Shown in pieces: positions 28,502 through 37,649 of a stretch of DNA of 64,000 bases; position 1 is the first letter of the stretch, and the number at the start of each line of letters is the position of its first letter. The position numbers and the translations under genes were made by a program. Source of the DNA: Candidatus Poribacteria bacterium (lineage in GTDB: Bacteria; Poribacteria; WGA-4E; PCPOR2b); NCBI GenBank assembly GCA_965116925.1, contig OZ220744.1:5024001-5088000 (forward strand). Reading direction: 5' to 3'. The notes under the pieces were generated by a model. The model did not search any database and was not told the DNA's origin. It worked only from the letters and a program-made list of their open reading frames with translations.

Positions 28502-28870
28502 TCACTTTTCGAGGATAAATTCGCAGCCGAGCCCATAGGTTTCATTTTCCCCCACTAACATCAGTGTCATTTCGGGAAACTTGACGATACGCCAACCGTC
28601 GAGCATTGCCTCATGTACAGTCTGGTAGGGCCAATCGTCGGGCTCATCGGGACCGTTGTGTACGCCGTCACCATCCACAATTGACATTCCCTCAACCGCC
28701 GAGGTAACCGACGTATTTGTGGCTTGAAGATATAGCAAGCGTTGTGGTTTTGCCGCCGCCTCCAACTTGCTGTTGACGTTTCCCAACGCTTGCTGCAAAT
28801 CCTCCTCTGTCAGCGTACCCGCACGAAATTTATCCAAACACTGTTCTAACTGTTCCTTCACTTGAATCAT
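28502..28870 (-). CDS. Hypothetical protein upstream of the PhyH pair
   Basis: 122 aa ORF with RBS; motifs WPYQTV.EAM.DGWRIVKFP and LGCEFILEK; no recognised family. Confidence 0.7.
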   Translation of the reverse strand: MIQVKEQLEQCLDKFRAGTLTEEDLQQALGNVNSKLEAAAKPQRLLYLQATNTSVTSAVEGMSIVDGDGVHNGPDEPDDWPYQTVHEAMLDGWRIVKFPEMTLMLVGENETYGLGCEFILEK

Positions 28871-28927
28871 GTCTAAGCCTCTCTCAGTTTAGCAATCTTT
28901 TATGATCGACAACGTTCTGTTGTTTTA

Positions 28928-30082
28928 CTATCCACTTATGAACCGTTCGGGACGATATGGAGCAAGCATTTCAACATGGGCACCATCAACAATTTCTACC
29001 GTTGCCAATTCTCCCACCAAGGGTGCCAACGTGACCCCGCTGTGCATCAAAGCGATATACAGATTGGGTGCTGCTTCACAAAATCCTATAACCGGCAACT
29101 CATCAATCGGCATTGGACGATAGCCCACTGGTGTTGGAATCGCTTGTGCACCGGCGAGGGCTGGCAGATAATGGACAGCGCGGCTTAACAGGTCATCTGC
29201 ATGTTCTTGGGAGTCGTCTCGATCTACACTCTCCTGTGAGCCTTGACCGATGGCAAGCGTCCCGCCAGCGGATTGTCGCAGATGAATTTCATGCCGATTT
29301 TCGTCAATGGGTGGTAGATGAAGCACTGAAACGTTCTGTAATATCGGCGGCTGCGGATCGGTACGAATCACCACACCGGGGCTGTGCTGTTGGGGAATGT
29401 GGACACCGGCGGTGGCGGCAAGTTCTGTTGTATCAGTCCCACTTGCCAATATCACTACATCACAACCGATTTCTCCACTAGGAATATTAACCGCCTCTAC
29501 CTTTCCCCGTTCATCAAGGCGTAATTCGTTGACCGGGGTATGGGTATGCACCGCGGCTCCCGCCTCACACGCACGTTGTAGACAAGCTTCAATCACTTTG
29601 AATGGGTCCACCCGCCCGTCAATCTCCGAAAAGGAGGCTGTCGTCACGGGACCGGGGGAAAGACCGGGCTCAAGTTCACGGAGTTCGCCCTTTGAAATGA
29701 TGCGGGTAGGATATCCTCTCGCTTGTAGTATCTTAATACGTTGACGCAGTGCCTCGGCTCGGTCCGGGGCGTGTTCCCACCGGAGTTCACCGCCCCAGTG
29801 TAGGTCGAGATCCATCCCCAATCTGCGAGCAAATCGATCCCAGATGTCCATTGATCGACGGTTGAAATGGTGATAGCTCACGGGATCTTTGCCGAAAGAG
29901 TTCAACCATGCAAAGGAGTGTCCTGACGCTCCTGTACACGGTTCATTCCGCTCAAGGACAGTCACAGCAACATCTTTGCGACGCGACAGGTGATAGGCTA
30001 TTGATGCCCCAACAATCCCCGCGCCTACCACGATAACGCTTAACTTTTTCGCGTCAGAATAACCTCGCTTGACTGTTACCAT
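28928..30082 (-). CDS. FAD-dependent oxidoreductase (DAO / glycine oxidase family)
   Basis: VVGAGIVGAS, GASGHSFAWLN, GYRPMPIDELPVIG, HSGVTLAP. Confidence 0.9.
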   Translation of the reverse strand: MVTVKRGYSDAKKLSVIVVGAGIVGASIAYHLSRRKDVAVTVLERNEPCTGASGHSFAWLNSFGKDPVSYHHFNRRSMDIWDRFARRLGMDLDLHWGGELRWEHAPDRAEALRQRIKILQARGYPTRIISKGELRELEPGLSPGPVTTASFSEIDGRVDPFKVIEACLQRACEAGAAVHTHTPVNELRLDERGKVEAVNIPSGEIGCDVVILASGTDTTELAATAGVHIPQQHSPGVVIRTDPQPPILQNVSVLHLPPIDENRHEIHLRQSAGGTLAIGQGSQESVDRDDSQEHADDLLSRAVHYLPALAGAQAIPTPVGYRPMPIDELPVIGFCEAAPNLYIALMHSGVTLAPLVGELATVEIVDGAHVEMLAPYRPERFISG

Positions 30083-30121
30083 CTCAATCCTTCACAACAA
30101 CAAAAAAAAGATTTAGTGCAA

Positions 30122-30312
30122 AGAAACCGAGTTTTTTTTGAAAACTCGGTTTCTCTTCGTGCTTTGCACTTTCTGTTTACATGAACCAAAAAGAAAACGG
30201 GAAAACAAGGGAGCGAGGAAACCTGTGTTTTCACTCGTCTCCTCGCCTTCTCAAAACCCCGTCCCCACACTTCCAATCCCGTTTTCTCGTTCTCTCGTTT
30301 TCTCGTTTTCTC
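30122..30312. repeat. Palindrome plus inverted octamer repeat arrays
   Basis: AGAAACCGAGTTTT...AAAACTCGGTTTCT, then ACGGGAAA-like and TTCTCGTT-like units; similar array at about 18199-18277. Confidence 0.65.
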
Positions 30313-30318
30313 CACTAC

Positions 30319-32955
30319 TCAACCCAACATCTCCAGATTCGTTACTAATTTCTCCCGCTCCGATTCAAGGACTGCAAGGCGGGCGCGTTTCTGCTCGACA
30401 ACCGCTTCCGGCGCCCGGTCAAGGAACTTCGGATTGTCTAACGTTTTCTGGGTGCCGGTGAGTTCTTTGAGAACTTTGTCCAACCGTTTCTGCAAGCGAT
30501 CTTTCTCCTTCTCAATGTCGATGATACCCGCAAGCGGGATATAGATCACAATATCGCTAATCACCGCTACGGCAGCGGCGGCAGGTTTCTCCTGATGTTC
30601 AGCGATGGAGATTTGTGAGAACCGTGTGAACGCCGGCAGGTATTCTTCCAAATGTTCGCCGAGAAGTTCAGCCGTTTCCGGATTCGGGACTTGAATCCGT
30701 ATTTCAACCTCGCTGGAAGGTGGCACATTCATCTCACCCCGGACACTGCGGATGCTATCAATAACATCCATGATTGTCTGCATCGCTTGTTCCGCCTTCG
30801 CATCCGTATCGGTCCCTTGCGGTTCGGGCCAAGTGGCGACCATGATGCTATCACCTTTATAGGAGAGACGCTGCCAGATTTCTTCCGTGATGAACGGCAT
30901 GATCGGGTGCAGCATTCGCATTGTGCCTTCAAGAATTTCAGAGGCAACCGCCTGTGCGGTATGTTTCGCTGTTGGATCATCGGTATAGTAAAGACGCTGC
31001 TTGATGAGTTCAACGTACCAATCACAATACTCGTGCCAGAGGAATTCATAGAGCGCATGCGCTGCGTCACTAAATCGGAACTCTTCAAGACATGTCGTCA
31101 CCGTTTCCACGGTTGCGTTATAGCGGCTGCGAATCCACTGATCGCACAAGATAGGATCCGTCGGCTGTCCGGACTGAAAATCATCGAGATTCATCAGTAG
31201 CAAGCGCGAGGCGTTCCAGATCTTGTTGGCAAAACGCTTCCCCGCCTCGATTTGGGACTCAGCTAACGCAATATATGGATTCGGCACAGCGGAGAATACA
31301 AGTGCGAATCGAAACGCATCGGCACCGTATTGGTGGATAGTAGGCACAGGATCAATCGCGTTCCCTTTCGACTTGCTCTGTTTCTGACCGTGTTCATCGG
31401 CTACTAGTGCATGGAGATAGACGTGGCGGAACGGCACTTCGTCCATACACTGAAGACCGAGCATAATCATTCGAGCCACCCAAAAGAAGAGGATATCCCA
31501 ACCTGTTACGAGGACAGAAGTCGGGTAAAACGTCTTGAGTGCTTCTGTCTCATCGGGCCAACCCATCGTCGAGAAGGGCCAAAGTCCCGAACTGAACCAT
31601 GTATCGAGCACCTCCTCATCTTGCCAAATCTTCTCAGAATTACAGTGAGCGCATTGATCGGGAGGAATCACCGCTACCGTGAGTTCTTCGCAAGTATCGC
31701 AGTGCCAGATTGGGAGTTGGTGCCCCCACCAGCGTTGGCGGGAAATGGGCCACGGTTCGATATTTTCCATCCATTGGTAAAACCGCTTCGTCTCACGCTC
31801 CGGGAGAAATACCACATCCCTACGTCGTGCAGCTTCAAGTGAACGTTCCGCGAGCGGTTTGACGTTAAGATACCACTGCGGCGAGATGTACGGTTCAATA
31901 ATCTGATTGCACCGATCATGATGTCCGACCGCGTGGGGATGCGGTACAATCTTAATTAGATACCCCTGTTCACCCAGATCTTCGACCAACGCCTTACGAC
32001 ATTCAAACCGATCCATGCCCTGATACTTCGTTCCCGCATTCTCATTCAAACTCCCATCCGGATTCAGTATGTTGACTTGCTCAAGTTCGTGCCGTTGCCC
32101 GATTTCGTAGTCGTTTGGATCGTGAGCGGGTGTGACTTTCAATGCGCCCGTGCCAAATTCCAGATCGACATATTCATCTGCGATGATCGGGAGTTCGCGT
32201 TCAAGTATCGGTAGGATCGCCGTTTTCCCGATAAGGTGTTGATAGCGTGTATCTTCTGGATGGACAGCGACTGCCGTATCGCCGAGCATCGTCTCTGGGC
32301 GTGTTGTCGCAATTTCCACGGATTCCTCTGAATCCTTAATCGGATATTTGATGTGATAGAAGTTCCCATCAATCTCAACCGGCTCGACTTCAAGATCGGA
32401 AACTGCCGTTTGGCAGTTCGGGCACCAGTTTACCATGTACTCCCCGCGGTAGATCAAACCATCGTTGTAAAGCTGAACGAATGCGGTGCGGACGGCTTTG
32501 GAGAGACCTTCATCCATTGTGAATCGTTCGCGCTCCCAATCGCAGGAACAGCCGAGCTGTTCCAACTGATCGATGATTGTTCCGCGAGATTCATCTTTCC
32601 AGTTCCACATCCGGGCGATAAACTTTTCGCGTCCGAGTTCTTCACGACTTGTTCCCCAAGTAGCGAGCTGTTTCTCCATGATGATTTCTGTGACGATTCC
32701 TGCATGGTCTGTCCCCGGCATCCAGAGCGCGTTGTAACCCTGCATCCGTCGCCAACGGATTAGCACATCCTGTAAGGTATTATCAAGTGCGTGCCCAATA
32801 TGTAGGCTCCCTGTGATATTCGGGGGCGGAATCACAATCGAGTATGGGGGTTTGTCAGATGTATCAGCGGCATGGAAATAATCCTTGTCCTGCCAGTATT
32901 TATACCACTTTTCTTCGATGTCGTGTGGTGAGTATGTTTTTGGAATATCGGTCAT
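30319..32955 (-). CDS. valS: Valine--tRNA ligase
   Basis: PPPNITGSLHIGHAL, GTDHAGI, ATTRPETMLGD, DTWFSS, KQSKS, C-terminal coiled coil. Confidence 0.97.
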   Translation of the reverse strand: MTDIPKTYSPHDIEEKWYKYWQDKDYFHAADTSDKPPYSIVIPPPNITGSLHIGHALDNTLQDVLIRWRRMQGYNALWMPGTDHAGIVTEIIMEKQLATWGTSREELGREKFIARMWNWKDESRGTIIDQLEQLGCSCDWERERFTMDEGLSKAVRTAFVQLYNDGLIYRGEYMVNWCPNCQTAVSDLEVEPVEIDGNFYHIKYPIKDSEESVEIATTRPETMLGDTAVAVHPEDTRYQHLIGKTAILPILERELPIIADEYVDLEFGTGALKVTPAHDPNDYEIGQRHELEQVNILNPDGSLNENAGTKYQGMDRFECRKALVEDLGEQGYLIKIVPHPHAVGHHDRCNQIIEPYISPQWYLNVKPLAERSLEAARRRDVVFLPERETKRFYQWMENIEPWPISRQRWWGHQLPIWHCDTCEELTVAVIPPDQCAHCNSEKIWQDEEVLDTWFSSGLWPFSTMGWPDETEALKTFYPTSVLVTGWDILFFWVARMIMLGLQCMDEVPFRHVYLHALVADEHGQKQSKSKGNAIDPVPTIHQYGADAFRFALVFSAVPNPYIALAESQIEAGKRFANKIWNASRLLLMNLDDFQSGQPTDPILCDQWIRSRYNATVETVTTCLEEFRFSDAAHALYEFLWHEYCDWYVELIKQRLYYTDDPTAKHTAQAVASEILEGTMRMLHPIMPFITEEIWQRLSYKGDSIMVATWPEPQGTDTDAKAEQAMQTIMDVIDSIRSVRGEMNVPPSSEVEIRIQVPNPETAELLGEHLEEYLPAFTRFSQISIAEHQEKPAAAAVAVISDIVIYIPLAGIIDIEKEKDRLQKRLDKVLKELTGTQKTLDNPKFLDRAPEAVVEQKRARLAVLESEREKLVTNLEMLG

Positions 32956-32976
32956 AGGTTTTAATCCTCAACTTGT

Positions 32977-33219
32977 TTATGTTTGATAAAATTCATCTTC
33001 AGTCAAATCAAAGGCTTTCCTGATTCCTTCAAGGGCTTTGATACTTAATTGTTGATTTAGATTATGGCACTTTACAGGATAGAAGCGGGACCTTCCACGA
33101 AAATTGGGATGAAAGAATACACGATGGTTCCCCTTACCACGCTTGGGATTTTCCATTATTCCAAACCGGCGCAAATTTTTTCTAACTTGACGGTAATTAA
33201 GTCGTGGTTTCCGTGGCAT
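32977..33219 (-). CDS. HicA-like toxin (dsRBD-fold mRNase)
   Basis: Basic 80 aa protein with L.RFG....RGKGNH.VF.HP and P..CH motifs. Confidence 0.72.
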   Translation of the reverse strand: MPRKPRLNYRQVRKNLRRFGIMENPKRGKGNHRVFFHPNFRGRSRFYPVKCHNLNQQLSIKALEGIRKAFDLTEDEFYQT

Positions 33220-33553
33220 TTGGATCTACTTCGGTAAAATCAATCTCAGAAATTAAAGGAGGAGCAACTTCCGAATCTAGGGTCACTGTTTTTGTATGAT
33301 TGCTATACAAAAGTTTCCGCCACTCTGCCGGGTCAGCCGGTTGAAAAAGATGATCCATCAAATTGTTTTCAATCGCAAAAGTGATTTGCTCGGAAATCGC
33401 ATCAACAATCATCACTTCTGCTTCCGCCTTTGTATCGCCATCAGTGACCAAATCCAATTGCAAACAGTGGGCAGTATAACAGTCTGTCTGTTTTTCAATA
33501 AGCACATCAAGGTGAAATAATTTCCGCTTGAATTTTGGGTTGTCAGTTTCCAT
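33197..33553 (-). CDS. HicB-like antitoxin
   Basis: YTAHCLQLDLVTDGDT..EA.....DAI; acidic; overlaps the hicA-like gene by 23 nt. Confidence 0.72.
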   Translation of the reverse strand: METDNPKFKRKLFHLDVLIEKQTDCYTAHCLQLDLVTDGDTKAEAEVMIVDAISEQITFAIENNLMDHLFQPADPAEWRKLLYSNHTKTVTLDSEVAPPLISEIDFTEVDPNATETTT

Positions 33554-33621
33554 TGGCTTCTCCAGTATTGTTGGGTGTTACATGCCTATTGTAAAGTCCT
33601 TTGAATGCGATGCATAACGCA

Positions 33622-34542
33622 TCACACTTCCCGCTTTGTCACTTCTAGCAAAGCCATCGTCACAAGCAGCAACGGCACGATCACAAGTGCAGAACTCCAC
33701 AGGGAGAGTTGAACGCCGATCAGGCAGGGGAAAAACGTGATAGCACCCACCATTGAACCCTTCAATGCGCGATAGCCGTTTTTCTCAGTTGGATTCAGGT
33801 AAAGGGGTAGACGGGTAATACTTGTAGCAAGCAGCGCAAAGACCACCCATAGGGTATAGTGCCAACTGACCCCTTCAAGCCAGTGCGGCAACACGGCGAC
33901 AATAAAGGCCAGTATGGTCGAAACGGCAGCGCAGGCGAGGGCTGGCTTAATTCCCAGTTGCAGGGGAGTGGTGGTGATGCCGAGTTTTTCATCCCGTTCG
34001 AGATCTTTGAAGGTCGTTGTGATGTGTGTCCCGCAATCGTAAAGCGTTGTAGCGGCAAACGCATACCAGACCAAACGGGGCACACCTCCACTTACAGCCA
34101 ATGCACCAAACACATTGAGCAGACCGATCCCAAAGGGCAGGCTAATGCTCCCCAATATTCCACGTTCCTTGAAGAAGGCGTTGTATAAGTGGGAAATCAT
34201 CACAAGGGCAATCACCAGAAGCCCCGCTTTGATGTGGAGCGTAAATCCCAAGATGACACAGATGATGTAGGTACTACTTGCGGTGATCAGGACCTGCTGA
34301 GATGTAAGTCGATGCGACGGGAGCGGGCGGTCCGGATTCACAACGGCATCCTGCTCTCGGTGGAAATAGTCGTTCTTCATCATGCCTGCGAAGTAGCCGA
34401 GTAATGCGATGAGCAACGTCAACCCAACCCGCCAATTCCACTCCCCCTCTGAAGCGATCAGTGCACCGGGCAGCGTCGCAGCGATCGGAATCGCAAAAAG
34501 GGGATAGCGGATTAATTCAAGATAGGCTTTTAATGTATTCAT
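33622..34542 (-). CDS. UbiA prenyltransferase family protein
   Basis: YLELIR, NDYFH...D..NPDRPLPS, FKDLERD..LGI.TTP; multiple transmembrane helices. Confidence 0.85.
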   Translation of the reverse strand: MNTLKAYLELIRYPLFAIPIAATLPGALIASEGEWNWRVGLTLLIALLGYFAGMMKNDYFHREQDAVVNPDRPLPSHRLTSQQVLITASSTYIICVILGFTLHIKAGLLVIALVMISHLYNAFFKERGILGSISLPFGIGLLNVFGALAVSGGVPRLVWYAFAATTLYDCGTHITTTFKDLERDEKLGITTTPLQLGIKPALACAAVSTILAFIVAVLPHWLEGVSWHYTLWVVFALLATSITRLPLYLNPTEKNGYRALKGSMVGAITFFPCLIGVQLSLWSSALVIVPLLLVTMALLEVTKREV

Positions 34543-34588
34543 GATGATTTACTTTCAGGTATGACTTGGACATGCAGCACTTGTGTGT

Positions 34589-35608
34589 TTACTCACCGAC
34601 CAGAACGCTTTTCACGCCGCGCTGCTGCCGGGCATTTTCAAACCCTACAACAACCCCCTCAATCGGAAACCGATCCGTCAGCAACGGCTTGAGATTAATC
34701 TCGTCGTTGATGAGCATCTGGCGAGATTCGCTCAAACTCCAGCGCGAAAATGCCCACGATGCCATCAACTTGTGCCCCATGTAATGAAAATGCTCAAGGT
34801 TAATCCGCAGCTCCTGCCCACCCGGTGCCAGTCCGAAAAAATTTACACAACCGCCGCGCCGCACAATCTTGAAGGCGAGATCTATCGCACGCTGATCGTT
34901 GACCGTCGCAGAGATAACGGTATCCACACCACCGCCGGTCTGCTCAATGAGTGCTTCCACCTGTGCTGCCGTAATACCAAATGTGGCATCTGCACCAACT
35001 CCCTCTGCTGTGCTCCGCCGATGCACAAGCGGTTCAATAACGAATGTTTCCAATCCCGCCCTTCTGGTCAATTGAGCAAACATCAAACCGATGGGACCCG
35101 CACCGAGAATAGCCACACTTTTATCAAAGATTGTTTCACGCATTGCATTGATACAGCAGCCCAACGGTTCCAGAAAGATTAGTTCTTCTGGCGAAATCGT
35201 ATCCGGTACGGAGATGAGTTTGCCCGTGTCAATTCCGTGTTTCGACATTCGGAGGTATTCGGCGTATCCGCCGTCAATGTCATGTCCAATTCCCTCAATG
35301 TTCGAGCAATACTTGTCGAAATCTGCCCGGCAGTAATCGCAATTTCCACAAGAGAGCATCGGATTCACTGTTACCTTCTCGCCAACTTTCACATCAGGGT
35401 GTCGGCTTTCAACGACGACCCCGGCGAGTTCATGTCCCATCACGACAGGTGGTGAGTAGTCGGTGATATCCCCGTTGAGCGCTGCCAAGTCAGACGCACA
35501 GATACCGCATAGCTCGACTTTAATCAAGACATCGCCTGAATCGAGAGTCGGGACCGGCTTATCCTGTACACTTAATTTTCCAGTTTCTTCAAAGACAGCG
35601 GCTTTCAT
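34589..35608 (-). CDS. Zn-dependent alcohol/polyol dehydrogenase (MDR family)
   Basis: CGICASD, GHE, CxxCxxC...C, GAGPIG. Confidence 0.92.
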   Translation of the reverse strand: MKAAVFEETGKLSVQDKPVPTLDSGDVLIKVELCGICASDLAALNGDITDYSPPVVMGHELAGVVVESRHPDVKVGEKVTVNPMLSCGNCDYCRADFDKYCSNIEGIGHDIDGGYAEYLRMSKHGIDTGKLISVPDTISPEELIFLEPLGCCINAMRETIFDKSVAILGAGPIGLMFAQLTRRAGLETFVIEPLVHRRSTAEGVGADATFGITAAQVEALIEQTGGGVDTVISATVNDQRAIDLAFKIVRRGGCVNFFGLAPGGQELRINLEHFHYMGHKLMASWAFSRWSLSESRQMLINDEINLKPLLTDRFPIEGVVVGFENARQQRGVKSVLVGE

Positions 35609-36246
35609 GACACACCTCCCTTGTTTCGCACGAAACGAAGTTGTTCAAGCAGTTGGCCGCCAACTCTCACAACAGAGGCAGCAATATCGTCAGGGACTTC
35701 CGTTCCATGGACCGCGCGGTTGCAAACGTATGTGATTTCTTTCAACGGCCCAAGCCAAGTAGAGGGTAAAATTTCTCGAGAAACAAGCTCTTGGGCGATC
35801 CCTGTAACCCCTAACGGACGGGAGCCGATATCTGTCTGATTATTGTAGGCGATGCGTCTGATTTCCTGCTCAAGTTCCATCCGCAATTTTGCCAATGCCA
35901 ATGAGTTGTCTGAACCAACTAGCTGTCCTAAACTTAAATCCCACGGTTCTTCGGCCTTTTCTCCATCAACAGTGGATGGATCAGGTGTTGTAAGTTCTCC
36001 GGAAAGACTCTGGCTCACACTAATCTCATTAAAGGAGATACGAAAAGAAGAAGGTGACGGTCTATTTTCTATAGATTGTTGAAATGCTGTCAACGCAGCA
36101 ACTGTGGTCATCCCTGCAATAAGCATCAATACCTGATCGATTTCGGATACTATTCCATCTTGTGCGGCTAAGAAAAGCAAACCACCTGTAAGTAGGGCAA
36201 GAAAACCACCAACTACTAGACTATATACTGCTCTATTCTTCTGCAT
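35605..36246 (-). CDS. Membrane protein with C-terminal HEPN/DUF4145-like helical domain
   Basis: Two N-terminal transmembrane helices; LALAKLRMELEQ..R and VCNRAVHG. Confidence 0.55.
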   Translation of the reverse strand: MQKNRAVYSLVVGGFLALLTGGLLFLAAQDGIVSEIDQVLMLIAGMTTVAALTAFQQSIENRPSPSSFRISFNEISVSQSLSGELTTPDPSTVDGEKAEEPWDLSLGQLVGSDNSLALAKLRMELEQEIRRIAYNNQTDIGSRPLGVTGIAQELVSREILPSTWLGPLKEITYVCNRAVHGTEVPDDIAASVVRVGGQLLEQLRFVRNKGGVS

Positions 36247-36643
36247 TTTCTCCTCCTTTATCTGTTTCTTTGGAACCCCTCAAAAACATCTTCACATAGT
36301 CCGGGACGAACCAAAAAAGGCCCGCCCCTGATATGAAAACTCCTAGCTTTAAGCCACCGATAAGCAGGCCTATACCGGTAAAAAAAGCAATGGCAGAAAA
36401 TACTATCTTACACCACAACTGTACTTTTTCCGAGGAACGTTGATGTTCTCGGTCTTTCACTTCCTCATCTTGCCGTTTAACTTCCCCGCGCACTTGGGTC
36501 CAGAGAATAATATTGTCGGGATTATCTGCTTGGATAAGACGTTCCTCAATTGATGAGACAACGGAAGACTCACCCGATTCACGCTGAGTTAGAGACGTAG
36601 GTTCATTCGATGGAGTTGTACTATTTTTTTCTTCTTGCGACAT
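36233..36643 (-). CDS. Hypothetical membrane protein with two C-terminal transmembrane helices
   Basis: Charged N-terminus followed by a hydrophobic hairpin; overlaps the next gene. Confidence 0.6.
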   Translation of the reverse strand: MSQEEKNSTTPSNEPTSLTQRESGESSVVSSIEERLIQADNPDNIILWTQVRGEVKRQDEEVKDREHQRSSEKVQLWCKIVFSAIAFFTGIGLLIGGLKLGVFISGAGLFWFVPDYVKMFLRGSKETDKGGENAEE

Positions 36644-36682
36644 CTTCGATCCCAAGGGTAGTTTATATGTGTTATGAGCGAT

Positions 36683-37231
36683 TCAATGGGTTAGAAACTC
36701 GTCAAGTTTCTTGAGCAGCACATCCGGACTTTCATCAATCAATATCAGCGAACGGTGAGGTTCCCTGATGAATCCCTCCGAAACCGCATAATCGAGGAAA
36801 GTCGCTAACTTCCTGTAGTACCCACAAACGTTCAGAAGACCGCACGGTTTTCGGTGTATACCAAGTTGCGTCCACGTCACCATCTCAAAGATTTCATCAA
36901 TCGTACCGAGTCCGCCCGGTAGCGCGATAAAAGCGTCCGAAAGCTCAGCCATCAACCCTTTTCGCTCGTGCATCGCGTCAACGACCCGTAGATCGGAAAG
37001 GGCGTCGTGGGCGATTGCCTTTTCGACGAATATACTAGGTACGACACCAATGACTTCACCACCGCCCTCAAGCGCGGCATTAGCAAGTTCACCCATTGTG
37101 CCGACATCTGTACCACCGTAGACAAGCCCTAAGTTTCTGCTTGCCAAGGCGTTGCCTAGCTGCCTTGCGGCTTTGGCATACGCCGGTTTACTTCCCATGC
37201 TTGATCCACAGAATACACACACCCGTTTCAT
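36683..37231 (-). CDS. LOG family nucleotide monophosphate nucleosidase (TIGR00730-like)
   Basis: VCVFCGSS, LVYGG, MHERK, LPGGLGTIDE. Confidence 0.93.
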   Translation of the reverse strand: MKRVCVFCGSSMGSKPAYAKAARQLGNALASRNLGLVYGGTDVGTMGELANAALEGGGEVIGVVPSIFVEKAIAHDALSDLRVVDAMHERKGLMAELSDAFIALPGGLGTIDEIFEMVTWTQLGIHRKPCGLLNVCGYYRKLATFLDYAVSEGFIREPHRSLILIDESPDVLLKKLDEFLTH

Positions 37232-37266
37232 TCCAACACGCTTTCTTGATTGAGGTCGGTTCAATT

Positions 37267-37487
37267 TATGGTGAATTCTAAAAATAAATAGACGCTTTCA
37301 CCCCCCCGGTAGGTGCGGTTTCATGAAGTTTAAGTATTTAAATCGGTAATCCCTATTTTCCTCGAAACATACGGTAGGCGCGGTTTTCAACCGCGCCGGC
37401 ATCGCTAGCAAATTACCGAATTATTTTTTTAATTTTCATCTAACCGCACCGGTTTGGAGTGTCCCATTAATTCTAGGATCCACTACA
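37267..37487. mobile_element. Family B MITE containing a REP interrupted by a third element (37323-37439)
   Basis: TATGGTGAATTCTAAAAATAAATAGAC...GTGTCCCATTAATTCTAGGATCCACTACA; REP GGTAGGTGCGGTTTC|TAACCGCACCG split by ATGAAGTTTAAG...AATTTTCAT. Confidence 0.72.
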
Positions 37488-37577
37488 GTTCATAGATTTT
37501 ATCAGAAACCTCAGTCGCATTGCAAGGCAATTGTCAATTCTGATAGATTGCTGCCCCAACCTCAAATCGTTTTGGTA

Positions 37578-37606
37578 TTGACATCCGCCCCTACCCTCTT
37601 TATAAT
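37578..37606 (+). promoter_or_regulatory. Consensus sigma70 promoter
   Basis: TTGACA-17 nt-TATAAT, 43 nt upstream of GTG 37650. Confidence 0.85.
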
Positions 37607-37649
37607 GGACAAAATATATTCTTAATTTCGGCTTAATGGGGGAAGAACA

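Noticed and set aside
30076..30315. 79 aa ORF between valS and the FAD oxidoreductase
   Set aside because: It is a translation of palindrome and octamer repeats; likely non-coding.
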